Part shown: piece after piece, positions 39,694-49,905 of the stretch
Layout of the letters: each line of letters opens with the position of its first letter
Position numbering within the stretch: the stretch's first letter is position 1
Source: Protoeuglena noctilucae
Lineage: Eukaryota
Reading direction: 5' to 3'
NCBI GenBank assembly: GCA_958009085.1
Contig: OY253688.1
Coordinates: 310,001 to 374,000, forward strand
Length of the DNA: 64,000 nt
The notes under the pieces: model-generated
Told to the model about the DNA's origin: nothing
Seen by the model: the letters and a program-made list of their open reading frames with translations, nothing else
Database searches by the model: none
Translations under genes and position numbers: made by a program

Positions 39694-40436
39694 GCCCAGC
39701 CTCTTGGCACGCCCATGGGGCTTGAATGCGCCTTGAATGTCTTGGCTGTCGTCATCGTACCCCTGTATCGTGACCAATCGATGTGTTTCACCTCCTCTCA
39801 GTGAGCCCAGGGCGCCAACCCCGGTCATGTGGGTTCTACCCCCCGTCTACCACCCGTCTCTGGCGGGCGGCCCCACACCCGCTGGAGGGCGCCGGCGCCG
39901 CGTGCACATACACGCACGCAGCAGCGGATGCCGCCACGGCTATGGCCAGGTCCGAGGCCGGCTCAGCCATCCTGTCCAGCACGGTGCCTCGGAGTCCCCA
40001 CGCAGCGGACTCTCCGTGGCACCATGGCACGGCGGCAGACGACCCGATCGTCGCACCCGAGCCATGAGTAACGTCGAATTGTGACAGGGCTGGCCCGGCT
40101 GCGGACATCACCTCTAGGAGAGCAGTGGAGGGCGGGCCGGGGGCGCCGGCGGAGCGAGGGCTCGACTTGGCCTGGCCCCAAGCGCCCTCCGGCATGCCTG
40201 AACCGCCTTTGGACGTCTTTCCCCCTGTTCTTGTTTGGGAAGAGGTGAGATGCCCTCGCTGGATCCGTGACATCAGTGTGACCCCAGTGTGGCGGCGGGA
40301 GCGTTGCTGCGGTGGGCCGCGCCGGCGCGGAGGCTGGGGGGGTTGGCAGGCTCGCTGGGCGGGGCCGAGGGCGGTGGACGGGCGCCCGTGGACCGGCGGG
40401 GCGGACCGGGGTTGAGGTGCCGTGTTGACCACCTCG

Positions 40437-41185
40437 GGGCATCACATGGCGGGAAGCCTCGTAGGTTCGAATCCTACCGACGTCGTTGCCATGACGTCGT
40501 GGCCGATCCATTATGGCGCGTGACTCGAACTTTTTATGCTTCTGTTGGATGCGTAACAGACGAGAGACGCGCGCGGGACAGTCGGGGGACGCGCGCGGGA
40601 CCGGCGGGAGGCGGATTAGGCGCGCGGGCAGCAGCATGCCAGGTCAGGCGCGCAGGTGTGCGGGATGCCCCGGAGAGGCCGGAACGCGACGGAAGATGAT
40701 CATCGGGACGCGGAGACGGCGCGGCGCGAGCGCGGGCTGCGGTTTTGGGCGCGGGGGAGTGCCCACTGGCGCGCCGCTGCAGGGACGAGGTCGCGGCGGA
40801 AGGAGGGGCTCGGTGCGCGGGTGGGGCTGATTGATCGAGACGTCGATTGTGGAAAAGCGCATATGAGGGCCGGACGGGCGGCGCGCGGCCCGAGGGAAGC
40901 GGTTTTCGTATTGGCGCAGCAGCGGGCAGCCGCACCCGACGACAGAGATGGCGCCGGGCGCCGCGGGTCCCGCGGAGGGCCAGAAGGCGCTGAAGGCGAG
41001 CGCGCGGGTCCGGGGGCCGTGCGCGGGACGCCCTGCTGTTTCCGGAGCCCCTGTGCTAGGTGCTCCTGCGGGACGACGCCCGCAGGCGGCGGAGCGGGCG
41101 AGCTGGCGGTGGAGGTGGGCGCGCGAGCGCCTGCACGTGTCGCTGCATGACGCGGTGGTTGAGGTGGAGGAGGCCGAGGGGCCCA
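40437..41185 (+). repeat. Left arm of a ~745-bp inverted duplication
   Basis: Near-identical reverse complement of 44618-45360. Visible differences are a 5-bp indel near 40720 and a few substitutions concentrated in the tRNA part. Confidence 0.95.
40441..40529 (+). pseudogene. Degenerate copy of the permuted tRNA-Ser(CGA)
   Basis: 3' half 40441-40485, spacer TTGCCAT, 5' half 40493-40529, T5 at 40531-40535. The D-loop AGCGGTTA has become ATCCATTA (G18/G19 lost), there is a C27-A43 mismatch, and no TATA lies upstream. Confidence 0.8.
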
Positions 41186-42618
41186 GCCCGCTCCTCGCAG
41201 CGTCCGAGGCCAAGCATCTGGAGGTCGGTGCTTCCGACGCGGCTGCAGCCGCGCCCCGAATGAGTACGCGCTGCTCGTGGATCCATCGCGTACCTTATTC
41301 AATTTGCCGCTGCTTCGTGCCGTTCTCGCCACGCAGGTCCTTTGGACGCTCGTGTTTGGCTTCCCGGGCAGCCACGACTTCCGCCACTCTGAGACGCCGG
41401 TGCGCCTCCGTGGCAGCGCCGCAGAGTGATTGGCAGCTGTTACGACGCCGTCATCGCCTCCACCCTGCCGGAAGGGCATGCAGCTCGCGTGGCCGGATGC
41501 TTGTTGTCCACGCTGGTCCAACCTGCTCGCGCTCAGGGGTCGGGGCCTATTGCTCCCTTAAGCGCGCGGGCTCCGCGCGTTCACCTGCTCACGGTCCACC
41601 GTGAGCTGCCGGAGCTCCGTGGCCCCGCAGAACGGCCTGTTGCTCTCCGCGTCGTCGCTGCGGGTGGCGGGGTGGCAGATGACCGCGTGCGACACCTGCT
41701 CGCCGGCGGAAGATTCGAACGGCAAAGATTCCCGTTTCCCATTCAGATCTTGGCCGTCGAGCAGGTGTGTCACACGGTCATCTGCGACCCGGCCACCCGC
41801 AACGACGATGCCGAGGTCAACAGGCCGTTCTGCGGGGCCACGGAGCTCCGGCAGCTGACAGAGGACTAGGTGAATGCACGGAGCCCGTGCGCTTGTTGGG
41901 TGGTGCTCGGATGTGGCCTTTCAATGCGCGGGGGCGGCTTCCTCGACGCACGCCCGCACACACGCGGGCAGAGGTGGGTGCGGCCTTGTTTCTCCATGGC
42001 TCATGCGGGGCGGATGTGGCCCGCTTCAGGTTTCTGACGGTGGTGCCGCAGCAGGTGTTTGAGCTGATGTGCAAGGAGGTGGAGGGGTTCTCTGACCTGG
42101 TGGAGGGGATGGGCCCGGGCTACACGATCGGGTGCGTGTACAAGTGCGAGCCCGCCGGGCTGAAGTAAATGCTCGGCGCGGCTCCGCTCTCGCTAGCTCC
42201 GACCGAGCGAGCGCTCGCGCACGCGCGCATGCACTGCAACTGGGAAATGGCTTTCCCCCCCAACCTCCCCCGCTCCTAGGTGCTTCGGTTGGGGGCACCG
42301 CCTTTACACTTCGGCAGGGCTTGGCACTTCGTGCGGGACGAGGGCACCGGCCACGTCTCCCACGCACTCTGCGGGCCGTGCATGAGCGGAGGAGACGCCG
42401 ACCAAGTGCAGCATGGGACCGCAGCGGGCAGCAGGGCGAGGGGCACGCCGCAGTACATCCTCGACAAGGTCGTGACGATCCTTTGCTTGTCGTTCCCCTC
42501 GACGAGGCAGAGGATGGTCACGTGCTCGTCGAAGGTGTATAAGGGCGTGCCCCTCGCCCTGCGGCTCGCTGTCTCCCGCTGTGCTTCGTCAGCGTCCCCG
42601 CTGCCCCAGCTGACGTAA
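40948..42618 (+). pseudogene. Probable disrupted spliced gene of unknown function
   Basis: ATG at 40948 with plausible exons (41086-41223, 41337-41399, ~42055-42164 'VFELMCKEVEGF...', ~42318-42618), interrupted by a foldback. Its 5' part is duplicated in the right arm. Confidence 0.35.
41560..41894. repeat. Long foldback inverted repeat (pre-miRNA/MITE-like hairpin)
   Basis: 41560-41707 pairs with 41753-41894, including a long perfect core AGCTGCCGGAGCTCCGTGGCCCCGCAGAACGGCCTGTTG / CAACAGGCCGTTCTGCGGGGCCACGGAGCTCCGGCAGCT. Confidence 0.92.
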
Positions 42619-42994
42619 TCTAGGGGACGATGGAGCTTCAAATGCCCCAGGGCTAGGGTGTCACGGGCCTAGCCGGCTTGCTTTGAAGAAGTACTTATAA
42701 ATGCCTAGCGCCCTTTGCGCTCTGTCATCCCATGCTGACGCTTGGATTACCCTCAAACACCTGACACAGGGCACTAATCCACAACACGTGAGCTCACCTG
42801 GGCATCAGTTGTGGGCTGAGCCTTACCTGTGCGGCTAGGGGAGAGTGCGTGGGACAGGAGGGCATGAGAAGGGGCGAGTGTGGTTGGGCGTGTGTGCTAG
42901 AGTGCGTGGGAGCCTGGACCCGGCACGCGCAGCAAAAAGAGGGCCGACGGGCAGAGGGGCGCCCCCTGCGCCCCCCCGCTTCAACTGCCCCTAA

Positions 42995-43089
42995 GGGAGG
43001 CGCCCATGTTTCGTGGCCCTATCGCCCATCGGCGAGGATCCTGAGGGACCCTCTACGCGCCGTATGCTATTGAACTGCCCATCATCATC
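42995..43089 (+). mobile_element. 3' fragment of the (CAT)n-tailed retroposon-like family
   Basis: 'GGCGAGGATCCTGA.GGACC...GCTATTGAACTGCCCATCATCATC' matches the reverse complement of 43797-43890. Confidence 0.65.
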
Positions 43090-43524
43090 GCGGCTCAGGA
43101 CTGGGACCGAATGCTGGACCTGCCGCGCAAGCTGACGGTGCTAGAGCAGCAAGAGGTACAGTGCACGTGGCACAGCGAGCGGGCGCATGCAGGGTCTTCA
43201 AAAGGAGACAGCTGCGGTGGCGCGGACGGCATCTCCCCGGCGCTGCTAAAGGCGTGCCAGGGCACCGCGTGCCAGGGCACCGGGTCCGAGGCGGGCGTCG
43301 AGCGGGTGGTCGCCTGCTTCGCCAGCGAACTCATCCGCCTTGCCGATGCCACCATCGACCCCGTCGACGTCCCCCGGGACCGTCGCGGCTCCCGCCATCT
43401 CCGCCCTCCGGCACGTGTGCCTGGGCCCCAGCACGAGGCCTTGCAGCCCCCCCTCGGGAAGCCCCGCCTGCGCCTGGGCCGCACGGGCCTTGGACGCCGC
43501 GAGGAGCGGGCTGGGCCCCTCGGC

Positions 43525-44617
43525 GATAATGATGATGAGCAATTCAACAGTCGAGGGGTGCTATGACTCTCAGAGCCACGCCTTGCGGCAGAAGTGCCGT
43601 CCCCCGGAGCAGCTGACACCCCGGGGTTTCCATCGTTGCAGTGCATCGGCACTAAGACCCGCCCCCGCTAGGTTGCCCCACCCTAAGGCAAAGGGGTCGC
43701 CCACCCCGGGTTCTTGCACCCCTAGCCCCCTCGCTGCGCCCTAAGGCCGAATCGCCGTCCCAGAGTGGGACGTTGCAGCCGCGGGGCCCCTCCGTGGATG
43801 ATGATGTGCAGTTCAATAGCTGAGGGTGCTGAGGTCCATCAGGATCCTCGCCGCACGAGCTAGGCCCGCGCGACAGGGGCGCCTTCCCCCGGAGCTGCCG
43901 CACCCCGGGGGTTCCATTATCGCAGTGCATATGGCACTTGGCCCGCCCCCGCTAGGTCCCCCCACCCTAAGGCTATGGGGCCGCCGCCCCGGGCTCCAGC
44001 GCCCCTAGCCCCTTCGCCGAACCGCCGCCCCTGCCGGGACGAGCAACCGCAGGATGCCACGCAAGCGGGCCCCTGGGTACAAATACAACAGCAAAGCAAC
44101 GAAGCAGAGACAAGCCCCCATGCCGCGGCGCAGAGCACTTTCGCCCCATGCTAACAACGGACCCCACCCTGGTCCCACCGGCGCGGTCCCCGCGTCCCGC
44201 CGGTCGCTCTGCGTCCCCGTCACGAAAGCCTGCCGTCCCTCTGCACGCACACAGCGCGCAGCGCCCCGAAAGCCCCCCTAGACTCGGGGGCGCGGCTTGT
44301 CCCGACCAGCAGAACTCGAGCGCGTCGTGCTGCCGCCTGGCGCCTGCCAGGGGATATGCGACCGCCTCAGCCGTCGCGAATGCACGCAAAACACCCAACC
44401 GCACCCCCTCGCCAACTCGCCAGCCTCCACCTTGGCCAAACCACCGCCGAACCACCGCACTGCGCGCCACCGCGCCATTTTTTGTGAACCGGCTCTTCGT
44501 CACCGGCCATAAAGGCGCGGTGTCCAGAGGGCGCCACGAGGAGGCGGCCGGCGGATCGCGCCATCGCGCGTCCGAGTCCCCCCTCCGTGGAGACCCCCGG
44601 GCGTCTATTACAAAAGG
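43525..44617 (-). mobile_element. Outer (CAT)n-tailed non-LTR/SINE-like insertion with a 13-bp TSD
   Basis: TGGGCCCCTCGGC at 43512-43524 and 44618-44630. The 3' end reads CTGTTGAATTGCTCATCATCATTATC. Homology with the left arm resumes beyond it (43487-43524 vs 41173-41211). Confidence 0.7.
43799..44579 (-). mobile_element. Inner nested copy of the same family with a 12-bp TSD
   Basis: CCCCTCCGTGGA at 43787-43798 and 44580-44591. The 3' end reads CTATTGAACTGCACATCATCAT. 43800-44017 aligns with 43530-43733. Confidence 0.7.
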
Positions 44618-45262
44618 TGGGCCCCTCGGCCTCCTCCACCTCAACCACCGCGTCATGCAGCGACACGTGCAGGCGCTCGCGCGCCCACCTCCACCGCCAG
44701 CTCGCCCGCTCCGCCGCCTGCGGGCGTCGTCCCGCAGGAGCACCTAGCACAGGGGCTCCGGAAACAGCAGGGCGTCCCGCGCACGGCCCCCGGACCCGCG
44801 CGCTCGCCTTCAGCGCCTTCTGGCCCTCCGCGGGACCCGCGGCGCCCGGCGCCATCTCTGTCGTCGGGTGCGGCTGCCCGCTGCTGCGCCAATACGAAAA
44901 CCGCTTCCCTCGGGCCGCGCGCCGCCCGTCCGGCCCTCATATGCGCTTTTCCGCAATCGACGTCTCGATCAATCAGCCCCACCCGCGCACCGAGCCCCTC
45001 CTTCCGCCGCGACCTCGTCCCTGCAGCGGCGCGCCAGTGGGCACTCCCCCGCGCCCAAAACCGCAGCCCGCGCTCGCGCCGTCTCCGCGTCCCGATGATC
45101 ATCTTCCGTCGCGTTCCGGCCTCTCCGGGGCATCCCGCACACCTGCGCGCCTGACCTGGCATGCTGCTGCCCGCGCGCCTAATCCGCCTCCCGCCGGTCC
45201 CGCGCGCGTCCCCCGACTGTCCCGCGCGCGTCTCTCGTCTGTTACGCATCCAACAGAAGCAT

Positions 45263-45267
45263 AAAAA
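45263..45267 (-). terminator. Pol III T5 terminator of the permuted tRNA
   Basis: TTTTT begins one base after A37 of the 5' half. Confidence 0.75.
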
Positions 45268-45268
45268 G

Positions 45269-45356
45269 TTCGAGTCACGCGCCATAACCGCTCGGCCACG
45301 ACGTCATAGCAACGACGTCGGTAGGATTCGAACCTACGAGGCTTCCGCCACGTGAT
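45269..45356 (-). tRNA. Circularly permuted tRNA-Ser(CGA), split at 37/38
   Basis: Minus strand: 3' half ATCACG-T-GGCGGAAGCC-TC-GTAGG-TTCGAAT-CCTAC-CGACGTC-G (45356-45313), spacer TTGCTAT, 5' half GACGTCG-TG-GCCG-AGCGGTTA-TGGC-G-CGTGA-CTCGAA (45305-45269). Rejoined it gives an 81-nt cloverleaf with all stems paired, a long variable arm and G73. Confidence 0.95.
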
Positions 45357-45408
45357 GCCCGCAGAGAGGTGATTGACACTACTGCTAGCATTGCTATGCG
45401 AATCTTGG

Positions 45409-45415
45409 ATTTATA
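45409..45415 (-). promoter_or_regulatory. TATA box upstream of the permuted tRNA
   Basis: TATAAAT lies 53-59 nt upstream of the 3' half in an otherwise GC-rich context. CAA triplets at 45393 and 45375 lie downstream of it. Confidence 0.55.
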
Positions 45416-45813
45416 TTCCCGCAACGTGCCTCCGTGATGAATTATTCCTGGAAATCCCCGGCACGCACCCCTGAAGGCGTCCACCGCGGCCCGGTTGGTC
45501 TGGCTTGACATTGCAACCTTCGGAGCTACCGGCCGGCGGCACCCGGGCGGCCTACTGCGCTCCGCACGACGCGGAAGCCCTCTGAACCTGGCGCAGCGGG
45601 CACCTGACATGTGGGGCCACGTAGGTACGTTTTACGTGCGTGGGCGCTACCCGTCGATCCCCGGAACATCATGATATTTCCTTAAACCGCGTTTCCGCTG
45701 CATTTCGCCGCCGTTTAAGCGCGCACACCCCCGCACATTTGACCGAGCAGCCCACGGGCTTCATCGTGATTGCTCCCTCCCCGCGCCCATCCCCGACGAA
45801 CCAAGTGATTACC

Positions 45814-46014
45814 ATGGGCCACGCGGGCCGGAGGAGTTCGACCCGGTCGCACACCTACGCGCACCACTCGACGAGCGGGAACTACACGACGCACATCCAC
45901 TTCCCCAGCCTGTCGACCGTGTCTGGGCGCGCGATCGTCGCGTGCATCGCCGTGTTCGTCGTCCTCATGCTCATCATCGCCATCTTCCTCGCCTGCCGCC
46001 GTCGCAGGCGCTGA
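45814..46014 (+). CDS. Small (66 aa) single-pass membrane protein
   Basis: ACCATGG start context, C-rich third codon positions and the TM helix 'AIVACIAVFVVLMLIIAIFLAC' followed by RRRRR. Confidence 0.5.
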   Translation: MGHAGRRSSTRSHTYAHHSTSGNYTTHIHFPSLSTVSGRAIVACIAVFVVLMLIIAIFLACRRRRR

Positions 46015-46135
46015 GGGCCACCCCAGGTGATTGAATCCCGACGCGCGGCGCTTGCGTGGTCGCATGCTCGCCACCGAGACAAGATGACAACAACCCCACC
46101 CCCCCCGTTCTTGCAGAAACGCTTCAAACAGCTAG

Positions 46136-47674
46136 TCAGCAAAACAGCCGCACGCACGCGGCGGCCGACAGGGCGGCGGTGGCCGAGGCGCTGACGAGGT
46201 TGACGGCGTTGTTGTCGAGGAGGTGGGAGCCGGAGATGCGCACCACGTGGTCGCCGGGCCGGCTCGTGACCTTGCGCCGGCGGACGTCGTAGCCCGAGAA
46301 CTGCACCGTGGCCCCGAGCGCCGAGTCGACCAGGGACCCCGCCAGCCCGGACGCGAGGCCGACCCCGGCGACGCCGAGGGCCTGGGCGGCGACGGCCGGG
46401 CGCGAGGCCCCCGGCGCCAGGTACGAGGCGGCGGCGAAGAGGCCCCCGACGAAGAGGCCGCCCAGCGCGCTCATGGCCAGGCCCAGCGCCGTCACCCCGC
46501 CATTCGTGCCGCGCCGCACGGGACTGCGGCCGGGGGTGTGCCGCGGGGTCGGGCGCGCCCAACCCCATCCCCGCCACGGGGATGCCCCCCCACCCACCCG
46601 CAGCAGCGGCCCCTCACCGCAGGGTCGTGATGAGGCGGGGCTCGGCGGTGCTGAGGACGCCGACCTCGGACGCCCACGTGTCGCCGCAGCAGCAGGCGTA
46701 GTAGCCCAGGACGCCGCCCCAGAGCGCCGTGCTGACCGCGGGCGTCAGGCCGCCCGTGCCCGAGCCCAGGGGGACCTCCCCGGCGCCGAGGGCCCAGGCC
46801 GCCACCGCCAGCGCGGTGGGGACGGCCGAGTTGCAAAAGACCTGGACCCAGCTGCGCCCGCCCCCGGCGACGTACTCGTCGCCGACGTCCTGCTTGAACG
46901 TCTGCGCCATCTTGGTCAGGGCCGACGCGGACAGGTAAAAGCCGATCAGCGACCAGGCCGCGCGGGCCGAGGCGAACAGCGACAGCCCGCCGACCAGCAG
47001 GGCCGCGGCGGCGCCGGACGAGTCGAGGCTCCCCTTCCTGGCGCCGTCGACCGCCAGGCCCAGGGCGCCCGCCGCGCTGACCACGGCCCGCGCAGGCACG
47101 GGCAGGTACTGGATCGCCAGCAGCGCCGCGAGCGTGACCGCGAGCCGCGCGATCGTCGAGGCGGCTGCGGGGGCGCGGCCGGTCTCGCTCTCCTCGCGCG
47201 CCAAAGCCGACGCCTGCCATGCCTCCCCCCCCACCCCCCCCCCCCCCCCAACGCAAGCAGCACTCGCCTGCCATGGCGAGGACGATGAGGCGCTGGTGCC
47301 GGTGTAGGAACGGCTCCTTGCTCGCGCTCTCCAGCTGCGACAGCTCCTCCAGGTTCACCTCCGCCGCATCCACCGCGTCCTGCGGTGGTGGACCCCCCCA
47401 TGCGCGGTCGCCCTAACAACCCCCCCGGGAGCGGCCCGCCGGAGCCTCGACGGGACCTCACCTTCGCCCGCCGCAAAGCCTCATCGATGACTTGCTGCGG
47501 TGTCTTCTCCTCGGGCCCCGGTCCCCCGGGCCGGGGCGACACGAGGCTGGAATCCGCAGCTGCACGGGGGAGGGAGGGCGGACGGGGGCAGCGGAGGCCG
47601 CGAAGGAGCCCCCCGGACGGCTTGGAAGCGGACGCGAGGGTTTTGTTGCCGGAGACCCGCGCCGGAGCGAGCAT
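46136..47674 (-). CDS. TMEM19/DUF92 family membrane protein (PGR/VTE6 superfamily)
   Basis: 'RKGSLDSSGA', 'GGGRSWVQVFCN', 'YYACCCGDTWASEVGVLS', 'GTNGGVT', 'GSLVDSALGATVQ' and 'LDNNAVN'. Confidence 0.9.
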
Positions 47675-48158
47675 TTAGCCCCGCTCGACTCTGCGCGCAT
47701 TCGGGTGGGGTGGCGCCTGCTTCCTCGGGCCGTGCGCGGCAGGCGAGGCGCGAGACCTCCCCCCGGTCGGCCGAAACGCGCAAAGCGCTCCGGTTTCCCC
47801 GAACGCACGGCGGCCTCGTCACAAGAATTCCGCAGCGGGTGTTAGCCACGCGCGCGACTGACCCGCCCATGCGCAGCAGCGTTCGTCGAGGTCCCGGCGT
47901 CACGCGGACAGCGCAGCAATTCACGAGGAGCGGCTGGCTGCCGGTCGCGCCGTTCACTCGGGCCCGCTGGGCCAGCGGACACTCGCACCGGCCAAAGTCT
48001 CAGGGCCCCGCGCGCTCGAGGGGCGGGTGGGCCGATTGGAAAACGATCGGCTGCGACATGCGCGCGGGGGTCACGCGGGGCGCGGGAAACGCTCTCATCG
48101 GGGCAGGCTGGCTGCGCCAGTGCAAGTCACGAGCGCAAGCGGCGCGTGTCGCGCGAAT

Positions 48159-49818
48159 CTACAACAGCTCGGGGTTCTCCAGCGCGTCCATCTCCACCCG
48201 GTTGAGGTCGTCAAAGTACGGGTGCTCCAGGGCGTCCTGCGACGGCGTCACATGTTGTGTCGGTGCGGCCAAGGCCACGCGCTTCTGCGGGAGAAAGGTT
48301 CCCCCCGGCTGGCCCCGAACCGTCACCTTGGCCGAGATGCGCTTGGCCGGGTCGTAGTCGAACATCTTGGCCAGCAGGTCCAGGCCGGCCGGCTCGAGGT
48401 TGGGGAAGTACCGCGTCAGGTCGGCCGGCTTCCAGGAGGGGTACTCGTGCCAGTCCCGCAGCTGCGGGGGCGTCGCGGTGCGGGGACGTCAACTCAGCGT
48501 GCGGGCGGCCGGGGCCGGGGCGCCCCAGGTGAGGGGCGATGTGATCCACCCTCACACCTTGGAGACCCCGGGCCAGACGCGGTCGTCCGGGGTGCCCAGG
48601 AGCTTGAATACATGCAGGAGCTGCTGGAACTCGGAGTCCCCGGGGAAGAGCGGGGCCTTGCGGGCCAGCTCGGCGAAGATGCACCCCACGGACCACATGT
48701 CGACCGGGCAGCCATAGTGCGAGGCCCCCAGGAGCACCTCCGGGGCCCTGCGAGCGGGCCGCCGCCGGGAGCTGAGAGCTGTCGACGCGCAGCGGAGGCC
48801 GAGCTGCGGGCCGCGTGGGCGGGCGGGGCACTCGCACCTGTACCACAGCGTGACGATCTCGTGGGTGTACGACTTGATGGGGATGGAGAAGGCCCGACCC
48901 AGCCCGAGGTCGGCGACCTTCAGGATCGGGACGCGGCCCGAGTCGTCGATGAGCAGGTTCTGCGGCTTCAGGTCCCGGTGCATGACGCCGTGGCGGTGGC
49001 AGTGCGCGACCCCCCGGAGCAGCTGGAACATGAGCTGCTTGATGAGCAGCCGGTCCAGCGGATGCTGCGAGGGACGCGGAATCGATCGCCGCTTGTCGGG
49101 TCCCACAGCCCAGCGGCCCAGCAACCCCGCGCTGCCCCCCTCGCCCCACCTGGGGCCCCTTTCCGTTCCGGTCCATGTACTTCTTCAGGTCCGTCGTGAG
49201 GTACTCGAAGACCAGGTACAGCACGGGCTTGGCGTTCTCCTCGACGTGCTCGACGCACAGGAGCTTGACAACGTGGTTGGACTCGGACAACATCTGCAGC
49301 AGCGAGACCTCGCGCAGCGCCGTCGAAGGGACGCCCTCCTCCTCCATCTGCGGGGTGCGCGGGGGGCAGGCCGTCTCCCCGCCGGGCCCGGGCGCGCGAT
49401 GGCTGGGAGGCCGACCGCTGGGAGCGCGCGGAGGCCCGCGCTGGGCAGCCCAAGCGCTCTCAGCAAACGAAACCGTTGTTTTGAGCCGGCTCAACGCATG
49501 TCCCCGCTCTCGCGGCCCGGGACGCGCGCGCGGGCGGGCGCGACAGCTCCCGGGTGTTATTCAAACCCCGCGCCCGGGCCCGTCCTCCGCGCGGCCGCAG
49601 GGTCCGCGAAGGACGGCCGCTCCCGGCGTTCCTCGCGGCGGGGGCCAGCCAGCCCGCGGGCGAGGGCGCGGGCGGGGAGCGGGGCCCTGCCAAGCGCCGC
49701 GCACCTCGAGCCGGGTCTTCTTCAGCGCCACCAGGCGGCCGGTGCGCTTGCACCGCGCCTTGTAGACCTTTCCATACGTCCCCTCGCCGATCTTCTCCAG
49801 CTTCTCGTACTGATCCAT
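48159..49818 (-). CDS. CDKB1: Cyclin-dependent kinase B
   Basis: '[21 protein letters not shown]', '[19 protein letters not shown]', '[10 protein letters not shown]' and '[25 protein letters not shown]'. Confidence 0.97.
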
Positions 49819-49905
49819 CGTGGCGCGGCCGCGCGACGTGCACGCTAACACTGCGTGCCCCGCCGGCTCTGTCGCGCGCGAAGGATCGTTGGCGGCGGGC
49901 GCGGG

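Larger units (their letters stand above)
44618..45360 (-). repeat. Right arm of the inverted duplication
   Basis: Reverse complement of 40437-41185. Confidence 0.95.

Noticed and set aside
43825..43860. CTGATG (minus strand) as a hammerhead ribozyme core suggesting a Penelope-like element
   Set aside because: No CUGANGA plus GAAA core with the required stems was found.
40437..45360. Arms as terminal inverted repeats of an autonomous DNA transposon
   Set aside because: No transposase ORF inside and no flanking TSD seen. The arms carry host-like tRNA and exon sequence.
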